A stretch of DNA of 64,000 nucleotides from Minisyncoccota bacterium (GTDB lineage Bacteria; Patescibacteriota; Minisyncoccia; Phycocordibacterales; JABMNX01), in the NCBI GenBank assembly GCA_965222715.1, contig OZ244961.1, positions 462,277-526,276 on the forward strand. Direction: 5' to 3'. Shown piece by piece: positions 20,898-30,162 of the stretch (position 1 is the first letter of the stretch; the number at the start of each line of letters is the position of its first letter). The notes beneath the pieces were generated by a model, which was not told where the DNA came from, did no database searches, and saw only the letters and a program-made list of their open reading frames with translations. Made by a program: the position numbers and the translations under genes.

Positions 20898-22006
20898 ATC
20901 TTCAACGTGGTAACAAACTTTTTAACCATATTTTCAGGGGTATGTTGGGCTAATCGCTCTTTACCATTACGCACAAGTCGAGTTGCTAACGACTCATTGT
21001 CGAGAATTTGACTCACTGCCCTAAATAATTCTTTCTTATTATTATATTTCACCAAAAGTCCATTTTTTTCATCAGTGATTAATTCAGGGTTCCCACCCAC
21101 GTTTGTTGTCACAATTGGTGTACCAATCCCCATAACTTCCAGTAGTTGATGCGAAAAACCTTCATAATTTGTATTTAAGACAAACACATCGGCCATGCGG
21201 ATGTATTTAAAGAGGACTGCTTGCTCGAGTGAGCCAGTGAGTGCAACATGTTCGTGAAGTTTTTTCTTCTCGACCATCTTTTCAAGGCGACTCATATCAG
21301 GACCATCGCCTGCAATCAAGAGTTTAAATGATGGGTACTTCTTAATAAATTCAGGGACTAGTGAAATAAGGGTATCAAACCCTTTCCAGGGCACTAATCG
21401 ACCTGCACTCACCACAATCTTCCCATTAAATTTGAGCATTCTGCGAAAATCTGCTTTTCGTCCTTGAAACGGAATCTCTTCTGGAACTGAGTGGATAACA
21501 ATTATCTTTTTTACATCAGTCACCCCCCAATTTTTGATCACACCTTTAAAATATTCACTCGGTACAATAATTTTCTCTGCATACTCTGCAATAGTTTTTT
21601 GTATTTTTTTAAGTATAAGTACCGGTACTAAATATTCATCCCCTTTCTTTGAAAACACATCAAGGTGATCAGTTACTTTAAAACGCTGTGTTCCCTGCTC
21701 CCACGCATAATCCCCCGCGATACGTACAAAAAATCGCTTGGAGCGCATTTTTGCAACAAGCGCAGCAGGAACGCCAACACTCACTGGGTCAAGCGCATAA
21801 ACAAGGTCAGCAACCTGAGCTTTTTTGTACAGCTGAAAGGTATATACCAGATGCCGAATTCCCCACGGAAGATGGGAAACTGAGTTAAACGGCGCCACCG
21901 ATACTGAAATCTGGTGTTTAGGGAGATGCTCTTCGAGCATCTTAACGTATGTCGCCGGACCCCCTATTTGAGGTGCATATGCCCCTGTTGCGATAAGTAT
22001 GTGCAT
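20894..22006 (-). CDS. Glycosyltransferase family 4
   Basis: PQIGGPATY, GRLVPWKG, YEGFSHQLLE, TNVGGNPE. Confidence 0.9.
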   Translation of the reverse strand: MHILIATGAYAPQIGGPATYVKMLEEHLPKHQISVSVAPFNSVSHLPWGIRHLVYTFQLYKKAQVADLVYALDPVSVGVPAALVAKMRSKRFFVRIAGDYAWEQGTQRFKVTDHLDVFSKKGDEYLVPVLILKKIQKTIAEYAEKIIVPSEYFKGVIKNWGVTDVKKIIVIHSVPEEIPFQGRKADFRRMLKFNGKIVVSAGRLVPWKGFDTLISLVPEFIKKYPSFKLLIAGDGPDMSRLEKMVEKKKLHEHVALTGSLEQAVLFKYIRMADVFVLNTNYEGFSHQLLEVMGIGTPIVTTNVGGNPELITDEKNGLLVKYNNKKELFRAVSQILDNESLATRLVRNGKERLAQHTPENMVKKFVTTLKI

Positions 22007-22181
22007 TGTTAGCTACAATTTAGTAACTTTTCTACTGCTACCTCCTTTCTACAGAGAAAGTTATATTGCCTTATTGTAGCAGATTGCTTAGTAGCCAGCG
22101 AACGCACAATTAGCAGTTTATTTTGGTCACTTTTTTGCTTATTTTAAGGTAGTACATGGTACACTACTGTATACATCCGTT

Positions 22182-22730
22182 ATGAAAATTCTCGTACTCA
22201 CACCACTTTTCCCGCCAGATATTGGAGGCTCAGCGCCATATATAAAAGAATTGGTGACCCGTCTCTCAAACAGGAAATATTCGGTTACTGTTCTCGCCTA
22301 TGGATGTCTCCCCGAAGACGTTCCTGGAGTGATGTTTAGATGTGTTAATAAAAAAATTCCTACGTTCTTGAGAATATTCCTGTTTAGTATGAAAACATTT
22401 CGTGAGGCACGAAAACATGATTTCATATATGCAGAAAACGGACCTTCGGTAGAATTACCCCTACGACTATTGAAGTTTTTTCTAAAAACACCACTAGTTT
22501 TTCACATAGGAGACCACCCTGCATATACATACGGACAAACAAAACCATTTCTAAATAAAAATCAAAAGGTGGTAGAGAGGTATGCACATACAGTCGTGGA
22601 AGAAACTCCGGAACCACGTCCAGAAATACTTCCACATAAAAAGTACCCGACAGATTTGTTTAAAGCGTATGAGAAAAGCTGGGACACGCATTTAGAAAAA
22701 CTTGAGCATATATTTCATTATGTCAGATAA
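22182..22730 (+). CDS. Stand-alone GT4 N-terminal-domain protein
   Basis: MKILVLTPLFPPDIGGSAPY; no C-terminal EX7E domain. Confidence 0.65.
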   Translation: MKILVLTPLFPPDIGGSAPYIKELVTRLSNRKYSVTVLAYGCLPEDVPGVMFRCVNKKIPTFLRIFLFSMKTFREARKHDFIYAENGPSVELPLRLLKFFLKTPLVFHIGDHPAYTYGQTKPFLNKNQKVVERYAHTVVEETPEPRPEILPHKKYPTDLFKAYEKSWDTHLEKLEHIFHYVR

Positions 22731-23826
22731 TTACGAAATACAGTGGAGGGAGTACTGTACTAAGGAATTACAACGTATAACCCCCATACTAAAAAGCTTG
22801 GGTTTTGAACTTGAAGATACACAAACCCACCTCGGAGGTGAACGCTACCTTATGCAATCCGTAACGACAACTAGTGGCAAGAAGCTTATCCTAGTTGGTC
22901 GAAAGGTAAACACTCGCAAAAGAGTAATTATAAAAGCAACGTCTGATGTAGAAGGAAAGAAAGAAATAGAGCACGAACGAACGAGCCGCTCAGCACTTCA
23001 AAAACTTAACTTTGCGTATGACGTTTTTTTTGCCCCACAGGAAATACTTTTTACAGAAAAAGATGGGTTTACTATTTCTATCCAAGAATTTCTAGAGCAA
23101 GAATGTCAATTCTTGGATAGACCGATCGATGAGCAATTCACCTTTGCATTGAAAGCGTTTAAAGCTCAAGAGAGCGCTCACGCTACTACGAATTCACATA
23201 TACAGTTCATTAAAAAATATTTTGACAGTAAGGGTGCTCGTGAATATACACAGCTTTTTACTACTTTTTCTCATTCTATAGAAACATATTACAAAGAAGA
23301 CCCCGAGAAAATAGAGCTTATTGAACGAGCAGTAAAGTTGCTAAAAGATAACAAAAAAACAATTGAACAATATTCTGGATTTCTTACACACACTGATTTT
23401 GTACCTCACAATTTTCGCATAGTAAATCGTGTAATGTATCTTCTCGATTATTCGTCGGTGCGTTTTGGAAACAAGCACGAAGGGTGGGCACGATTTATAA
23501 ACTTTATGGAACTTTATAATAGAGAACTCGCACAGATAGTTGTAGAGTATGTTGAGAAAAACCGTTCAAAAGAAGAGGTTCTTTCATTAAAACTTATGCG
23601 AATGTACCGACTAGGAGAAATTATTCACTACTACATTTCAGTACTTCCCAAGAGTAGCGGTAACGTGCTAACCCTTAACACAGAAAGAGTCCGTTTGTGG
23701 ACGTACGTACTTGAGAGTGTACTTGCTGACAAAGCTCCCTCACAAGAAATAATAGATCAGTATAAAAAAACACGAGACTCTCTACGAAGTGCCGAAGAGA
23801 AACTACGACAAAAAGGACTTCATTAG
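22720..23826 (+). CDS. APH/kinase-like phosphotransferase
   Basis: VIIK lysine, THTDFVPHN catalytic loop, LLDY. Confidence 0.65.
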   Translation: MSDNYEIQWREYCTKELQRITPILKSLGFELEDTQTHLGGERYLMQSVTTTSGKKLILVGRKVNTRKRVIIKATSDVEGKKEIEHERTSRSALQKLNFAYDVFFAPQEILFTEKDGFTISIQEFLEQECQFLDRPIDEQFTFALKAFKAQESAHATTNSHIQFIKKYFDSKGAREYTQLFTTFSHSIETYYKEDPEKIELIERAVKLLKDNKKTIEQYSGFLTHTDFVPHNFRIVNRVMYLLDYSSVRFGNKHEGWARFINFMELYNRELAQIVVEYVEKNRSKEEVLSLKLMRMYRLGEIIHYYISVLPKSSGNVLTLNTERVRLWTYVLESVLADKAPSQEIIDQYKKTRDSLRSAEEKLRQKGLH

Positions 23827-23833
23827 CAGTATA

Positions 23834-24517
23834 TTAATTTTCTTCGTATTTTTGAATTAAATCTTCCCACTCTTTTAAAAAGACATCTTGTCGATCTGTC
23901 TTTAAGATATCCATCGCACGACGAGCAAGAATATGGTTATTATTCTTTGGCCTATCACCGCGATGTGGCTTTTCAAAAATAACAACGTCTTCCATTGTTG
24001 TATCATCAAATAATGTACTCGAGGGCAATATACTTATCGTGTGCCGAAATACTGCATATTTATCATTAGACGTGATACAAGATAATACTGTTCTAATACT
24101 ACGTGGTGCGTGAGACGCAACCGCAATAAGTTTTACATTAAAAATATCTTTATCGAGACATTTATCTAGGAAAGTTGGGACTTCTTGTCGTGTATTCTGT
24201 GTTTCGGTATCAATATAGGAACGATCATTAAGGAATGTTTTTAATTCTTCTGGTGGACATTCACAAATTTTTGCCAAATCATCAATATGCTCTAGAGCAT
24301 ATTTATATGTATACTCAGATTCTTTAAGTCCATCCTTCTTAGATGCACCAGTACCCCAGAAAATAAAATTTGCTTGAGATTCCCAAGCAGCTTCTATACC
24401 TCGCGGAATCGTACCCCAATCACCGTTCAGAGGATCGCCCCAAACAATTTTATTCCAATTACCAGCCTCTAGATGTAATCCGTGAATGAGTACTGCAGTT
24501 TTGTCTTTTATATTCAT
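23834..24517 (-). CDS. Hypothetical protein, possibly DUF218/YdcF-like
   Basis: TQNTRQE and SHAPRS resemble DUF218 motifs; weak. Confidence 0.45.
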   Translation of the reverse strand: MNIKDKTAVLIHGLHLEAGNWNKIVWGDPLNGDWGTIPRGIEAAWESQANFIFWGTGASKKDGLKESEYTYKYALEHIDDLAKICECPPEELKTFLNDRSYIDTETQNTRQEVPTFLDKCLDKDIFNVKLIAVASHAPRSIRTVLSCITSNDKYAVFRHTISILPSSTLFDDTTMEDVVIFEKPHRGDRPKNNNHILARRAMDILKTDRQDVFLKEWEDLIQKYEEN

Positions 24518-24555
24518 TTTATTTAAAGTATTACGTTATCCTCTTTAATACAAGT

Positions 24556-26679
24556 TTAATTTTTCATTACTGACCCAAACACATCGTTTTTCATTGCTTT
24601 TGCAATTTTCTCCCAATTATACTCTTCTTCAATCATTTTTCGACCATTTCCCGATAACTCTCTTGCCTTTTCTGGTTGTTCTATAACACTTTCTACTGCT
24701 TTTGCGATTGCTTTTGGGTCCTCTTGCGGTACGATCCACGCCGTTTTACCGTCGATAGCATAATCTGCAATACCGCCAACCCCTGTTGTTACAAGTGGCA
24801 AGCGAGATGCAAGTGCTGAAACAAATGCATTACCCAGTCCTTCCGAACGTGACGGTGCAACAAATATGTCACATGCTTTTCGATACAAAGTCACTTCCAT
24901 TCGATCAACACGCCCAGTAAAAATAACTCGACCTCGCAATCTTAATTCACGCACTAAATCTCGTAATTTTGGCTCTTCTTCTCCATCACCAACAATAACA
25001 AGTTTAATATGATTGGGTAAATATTGAAGTGCTTTGATTGCAATGTCGAAGCCTTTTTGATGCTCGAGACGTGAAGTGTTGATTAAGAAAATTTCTCCTT
25101 CTTTTTTACCTAATTCTTTTTTAATATCATCAACTTCTGCTTGTGTGTAGGACTCATTGAAGTCATTTGGGTTAGCACCATTTTTAACCAACACAATCTT
25201 TCCTTTATACCCCATTGTACGTGCCCACGTACTTAAGTAATTTGAAATACTTTGTATAACTGTTGCTTTTGTAAACACCTTGGTAAAAACAGGCCACACT
25301 GGCTTCATTACCTTTTCAATGTGTTCCGTTGGGTCGCCCTCTTGTAGGGTTAAAATGTAAGGCGTACGCGGGAAAAGTATTTTAAATAAAACAGCTGGAA
25401 TACCTGCTGAATGTGCCATCATCGCCCAAATACCATCATATTTATAACGCATATTAAGTTGGATGGCTTTGAGCGTAGCGAGTATTTGAAATAAATACTT
25501 ATTACTACGTAATATCAGTTTATTTCCATAATCTTCAAATGTTGGGTTTTGTAAGCCAAATCCAATACGATGAACGAGTACATTCCCATATCGCTCTGTG
25601 CGAGGTATTTTTGAATTCCACAAACAAGTTACGAGATGGAATTCAATATCAGCTGGGTCAATCCTGTCAGTTATTTCTTTAATGGCGGGCTCTGCGCCAC
25701 CGTGAAAATTCGGGTAATACACGAGTGAAAATGCTAAGACACGTTTTTTTGGTTTTAACTTAGAAAAGTCATACTGCTCTCCCGAACGCATACCACTTTC
25801 TGTTTCTTTTATATTTTGAATATATTCTTTAAGTGTGTGTTTTTGTTCCCACCCCAATGCCTTCAGTTTTGAAGTATCAACTGCTTCTGAAGAACGAGTT
25901 GATTTTGTTGCCATTGAGTATTGAATATGACCTCCAAACATACGCGCAACATCAAGTAAACTGTACGATTCTCTTGCACAAATGCCGTATTCGTCTCCCG
26001 AACCTTTTTCACTTGCAAGAAAAATCCCTTCCACTGTATCAAGTACATGTGTAAAGGCACGCTTTTGATTCCCTGCGCCAGAAATACGATGCGGTTCATT
26101 ATGTAGCCAGTTTTGATGCAAAATCTCAATAAAAGTCCCGTATCGATCCCCTCGTTCACGAGGTCCATATACATTATAAAAATAGACAGTCGCATACTGT
26201 AGTTCATACCAAAAAGCATACTGATTTACTAAATCACTCATCGATGCCTTTGACCAAGTGTACGGTGCCAAATTTTTCCCTTCAACTCCATCTAAAATAC
26301 GGTGCGCAAACTTAGTTGATGATCCTGCATATACAAGCTTACAACGTCTATCACGCCAAAATTCCAACACGGCAAGTGTTCCTTCTAGATTTAACTCGAA
26401 TGTCACAGATGGTTCTGCTAGCGAATGTCGCACTCGTGAGTACTCACCTAAGTGGTAAACAATGTCAGGGTCTTCGGAAATGTGTTTTTGAATGTTTTTC
26501 GTGTGTCCCTCTCGGTATTCAACTCCCTCGACGTGATTATCTTTTGAGCCAGTGAAATAGTTATCAAGAGAAATGACTCGGTACCCTTCTTGTACTAATC
26601 GCTCACAGAGGTGTGAGCCAATAAAACCGGCGCCACCAGTGACTACTGCTAATTTTTTCTCAGTCATAATTACAGGCAT
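24556..26679 (-). CDS. Fusion of NAD-dependent epimerase/dehydratase and GT4 glycosyltransferase
   Basis: TGGAGFIGSH and YTWSK in N-half; SRLEHQKG and SEGLGNAF in C-half. Confidence 0.88.
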   Translation of the reverse strand: MPVIMTEKKLAVVTGGAGFIGSHLCERLVQEGYRVISLDNYFTGSKDNHVEGVEYREGHTKNIQKHISEDPDIVYHLGEYSRVRHSLAEPSVTFELNLEGTLAVLEFWRDRRCKLVYAGSSTKFAHRILDGVEGKNLAPYTWSKASMSDLVNQYAFWYELQYATVYFYNVYGPRERGDRYGTFIEILHQNWLHNEPHRISGAGNQKRAFTHVLDTVEGIFLASEKGSGDEYGICARESYSLLDVARMFGGHIQYSMATKSTRSSEAVDTSKLKALGWEQKHTLKEYIQNIKETESGMRSGEQYDFSKLKPKKRVLAFSLVYYPNFHGGAEPAIKEITDRIDPADIEFHLVTCLWNSKIPRTERYGNVLVHRIGFGLQNPTFEDYGNKLILRSNKYLFQILATLKAIQLNMRYKYDGIWAMMAHSAGIPAVLFKILFPRTPYILTLQEGDPTEHIEKVMKPVWPVFTKVFTKATVIQSISNYLSTWARTMGYKGKIVLVKNGANPNDFNESYTQAEVDDIKKELGKKEGEIFLINTSRLEHQKGFDIAIKALQYLPNHIKLVIVGDGEEEPKLRDLVRELRLRGRVIFTGRVDRMEVTLYRKACDIFVAPSRSEGLGNAFVSALASRLPLVTTGVGGIADYAIDGKTAWIVPQEDPKAIAKAVESVIEQPEKARELSGNGRKMIEEEYNWEKIAKAMKNDVFGSVMKN

Positions 26680-26713
26680 TCTACACTAAAATACATATAA
26701 AATCAGTGCTGTA

Positions 26714-28138
26714 TTATTCATCAATAATAGTAATTTCTTCTCGTCCGATACGTCTTAATATGAGCACACTACACACTCCAAAGAGAACTGTGCCACCAAG
26801 TAATAGAAACCATTGTATTCCAATTCCCGACGTATCGTTGGAAGCTTGGTACACATTTGCAACATTGTATGAGGTATCTTCTGGGTTTTCTTCTGGAGGC
26901 GTGATTGATTCCGCTATGTTATTTTCTTGAGTTGTTTCTTCTCTAACAACAGTCGTACCTACAATTGAACGAGATGGTGTTTGTACTCTAGGAGAGTCGT
27001 TGTGTTCTGTAAAAGCATTCAGCGACAGGTTTCTTGTTTCTCTTTCTTGAAAAGCTCTAACCAGAGAACCGTTTGGATATAGGAAGGTAACTTCCTCAAC
27101 ATGTTGCGGGGTAAGTCCCGTTACCGTAGCTGGAAAGACGACTGACCGCTTTGGCAACATTCGTGTACCTTGAGGAAGGTAAAATACAGTATTATGAGCC
27201 ATAAGCATCCAATGCGAAATATCGAGCACACGGTCACTCTCATTTCTCAGTGTAATACTTTGAGGAGACGCATCTGCCACAAACACGTCTGCGGGTTTTG
27301 CCGTTACCACAATATAATCAGAAGCAGAGTATTTACCTGAAGAGACGGTGAGGACCACTACGTACTCCCCTGGATACTCATAGTGATGCAAGACCACTTC
27401 TCCGTCCTTGTGACTTCCATCACCAAACGCCCATAAGTATCGAGCTTGCTCCAACGGCTCATTTTGAAGACCAAACCCTATTCCTTTAAACTCACTATCG
27501 GCACCAACGGTTACTACCCGATCTTCTCCTGCATACGCCCTAATACTACCGGTATCTTCAATAAATACAGACGAACTGGGTGATGAGCTTTGAGGGCTGC
27601 TACTTTCCCCTTCTTCGCTACTACCTATTAGATTTATACTTCCTGTTCCTGGTGTTGGTGTTTCTGCTATCCACGTATTTCCATCATACTGAAGTGACAT
27701 CCCGTCTCCAGCAGCACCCCACTCAGAAAGATATGAAACGGTATCTCGATCAATTAATTCAGCGTCTCTTAAAACGAGAGTTTCTCCTGTATTTTTTAAT
27801 GAAAAAGAACTATCGACAAGTACTCCATTATAAGAAGGGTTATCAGCAAGAAAAACATCAGTGTTATCAGCAATAACAGCGTATGAACCAGGTGAGAGCG
27901 TGTCGCTTCCTGAAACTACCGAAAGACCATGGTTTACCCCACTTTCAAAAAATTTCCATTCGGTAAGTAGAATATTTTCAGTGCCCTTGTTAAATACTTC
28001 AATCCACTCTCTATCGGTGTCAGAACCTTCAAGGTCATACACTATCTCACTGAAAATAAGTTGTGCTTCAACGATAAGGGGTATACAAAACACACAAAGT
28101 GAAATACCAAGTGCGTATGTATGCTTATTACTTATCAT
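26714..28138 (-). CDS. Membrane-anchored surface protein with lamin-tail and PKD domains
   Basis: Signal peptide, SEIVYD..D.EWIEVFN, WAFGDG..H.Y.YPG.Y.V.LTV, C-terminal TM. Confidence 0.8.
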   Translation of the reverse strand: MISNKHTYALGISLCVFCIPLIVEAQLIFSEIVYDLEGSDTDREWIEVFNKGTENILLTEWKFFESGVNHGLSVVSGSDTLSPGSYAVIADNTDVFLADNPSYNGVLVDSSFSLKNTGETLVLRDAELIDRDTVSYLSEWGAAGDGMSLQYDGNTWIAETPTPGTGSINLIGSSEEGESSSPQSSSPSSSVFIEDTGSIRAYAGEDRVVTVGADSEFKGIGFGLQNEPLEQARYLWAFGDGSHKDGEVVLHHYEYPGEYVVVLTVSSGKYSASDYIVVTAKPADVFVADASPQSITLRNESDRVLDISHWMLMAHNTVFYLPQGTRMLPKRSVVFPATVTGLTPQHVEEVTFLYPNGSLVRAFQERETRNLSLNAFTEHNDSPRVQTPSRSIVGTTVVREETTQENNIAESITPPEENPEDTSYNVANVYQASNDTSGIGIQWFLLLGGTVLFGVCSVLILRRIGREEITIIDE

Positions 28139-29873
28139 CCTTTAAAATATTTTCAAGGACCTCTCGTGGCACCTCATTAGGTATGTGTTGAGAATTTTCT
28201 TGCTGTGCGCTCTGCTGTTCTACAGTTTTTCCTCTACCCTTATTTTTCTTTGCAGTATCTTCTTTCGTATCAACTTTTTTTTGAGTAGTACCATTTTGAA
28301 TTGAAGCAAGCGCTTCTCTTAGTGCATCACGCTGTTTTGGTGATGGACCCTTATCATCACCGTTAGTGCGCATCTTTAAGGTATTAAGTGATACCGTTCT
28401 CTTTTCTCTTTTATGTTGCTGTTTTTGTTGTTTCTCTTCCTTTCCACGAGACTCTAGATGAGAAGCGGTATTTCCATGATTGGTACCATGCCCACTACTT
28501 TTATCTTGTGATGGTGCTGTTTTTCTTTGTTGTTTTTGCCCCTGCTGCTTCTGTTGTTGTTCTTTTTTCTGCTGTGCTTGGGGACTATCAAGTATGCCAC
28601 GATCAGCAATAGACTTCTCAACAGCATCTCGAGGGCGACCATATTTCTCACGTGAAGTCTTTAAAATTTCATCTCGAAAACTTATTTCTGGTTCTTTTAT
28701 GGGTGGTAATGTGGTTGCTGAGAATGGAGGTGAGCCAACACCATCAATCATGAGGGTGAGGTAAATTTGGGCGAACCCAAGGTTCACCAAATCTTCTGCA
28801 AAAAACTTTGGTTTAAAGACGGTTTCGAGTACCTCAGCATCAAAGGGGCCCACTCGAAAGGCAATAGTACTACCCACGTTACCAAAAACTGCATTACGTA
28901 CATTTTCTTCCATCTGCTCAACATACTGATGCGCAATGGTGAGCGCTAACTTATACTTTCTTGCCTCAGAGAGAATGTCAGCGAACGAGTCGTTTGCGAT
29001 TGACTGGAATTCATCAACATAGAAATAAAACGGTGGGAGCTTTGCTTGTGTTGCACTTGGTTCATCTGCTCGAGACATTGCAGAGAGATAGATTTTGGTC
29101 GTGAGCATACTTCCAATAAGGTCCGCGTTGGTTTCTCCCATACGCCCCTTTGAGAGGTTCGCAATAAAAATTTTCTTACTATCCATCACCTCCCTAATAT
29201 CAAAACTTGATCTTTGTTGCCCAACAATATTTCGAATCAATGGGTTTGAAGTAAACTGACCGACCTTGTTTTGAATCGCCGGTGTTGCTTCTTGTGTATA
29301 GCGATCGGTATAGTTTGCAAACTCATCAACCCAGAATGATTTCACGATCGGGTCAGTAACATGCTCGACAACCTTCTTTCGAAAACTTTTATTAACTAGC
29401 ATGCGATTCACATCAAGAAGTGTTGAATCGGGATATTCAAGAAGTGCGAGTAGTACATTACTCAAAATGTACTCCATACGTGCTGACCACGCATCTTTCC
29501 AAATCTTATTAAATGCACTCATCAACCCAGAGACCACAAGGTGCCGCTTGTCGTACCCCACATCTTCCATTACGTTAAACGCAACTGGAGTATCCATATC
29601 AAAGGGAGCAAAATAGATGACATCCTCAATGCGATGCTCTGGCACATAATCAAGGAGTTTCTCAGCAGTTGAGCCGTGGGGGTCAATAAATCCGAGGCCG
29701 TTTCCATGCTGGATATCCTGAATGGCCATATTCTCAAGCAAGGTCGACTTACCCATACCGGTCTTACCGATAATGTACATGTGCTTTGAGCGGTCGATTG
29801 CTTTGATGCCAAATGCTCGTTGCTGCCCACGGGCATCAGTTGCACCAATATAGGTTACTTTCTCAAGATCCAT
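28128..29873 (-). CDS. VirD4/TraD/HerA-like P-loop ATPase (T4SS coupling-protein-like)
   Basis: GKTGMGKS, IDPHG, YVDEFQ, LSEARKY..AHQ; Q/K-rich tail. Confidence 0.85.
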   Translation of the reverse strand: MDLEKVTYIGATDARGQQRAFGIKAIDRSKHMYIIGKTGMGKSTLLENMAIQDIQHGNGLGFIDPHGSTAEKLLDYVPEHRIEDVIYFAPFDMDTPVAFNVMEDVGYDKRHLVVSGLMSAFNKIWKDAWSARMEYILSNVLLALLEYPDSTLLDVNRMLVNKSFRKKVVEHVTDPIVKSFWVDEFANYTDRYTQEATPAIQNKVGQFTSNPLIRNIVGQQRSSFDIREVMDSKKIFIANLSKGRMGETNADLIGSMLTTKIYLSAMSRADEPSATQAKLPPFYFYVDEFQSIANDSFADILSEARKYKLALTIAHQYVEQMEENVRNAVFGNVGSTIAFRVGPFDAEVLETVFKPKFFAEDLVNLGFAQIYLTLMIDGVGSPPFSATTLPPIKEPEISFRDEILKTSREKYGRPRDAVEKSIADRGILDSPQAQQKKEQQQKQQGQKQQRKTAPSQDKSSGHGTNHGNTASHLESRGKEEKQQKQQHKREKRTVSLNTLKMRTNGDDKGPSPKQRDALREALASIQNGTTQKKVDTKEDTAKKNKGRGKTVEQQSAQQENSQHIPNEVPREVLENILKDDK

Positions 29874-30046
29874 AGTTAGTAGTAAGTATAGTATGAAATA
29901 TCATCACAAAAAAGAGTGTGTTTGAGTAGAAAGGCGCGTCCGGGTAATGGAAACGAACGCGCCTTTTGTGTTACTCCTTTCCTGTGCTGTCTACTGAATG
30001 TGTTTGAGAGCGATAACCCCTGGTGGCTCTCAGGGAGATAACTCGA

Positions 30047-30109
30047 TCACCTCCTTTCGGCGGGGTGCTGGTTCGGGACGTGAATCATACGCGACTTCAT
30101 GAAAGTCAT
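30047..30109 (-). CDS. 20-aa mini-ORF MTFMKSRMIHVPNQHPAERR
   Basis: AAAGGGAG upstream, extended -10 TGGTACGAT at 30139-30147. Confidence 0.4.
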   Translation of the reverse strand: MTFMKSRMIHVPNQHPAERR

Positions 30110-30162
30110 TTCAGTATCTCCCTTTGTTGCGGCACAGGATCGTACCACTTTCATCATACCGA

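Noticed and set aside
28128-29873. Conjugative element
   Set aside because: No relaxase, integrase or mating-pair genes nearby; solo ATPases of this type are common in CPR.
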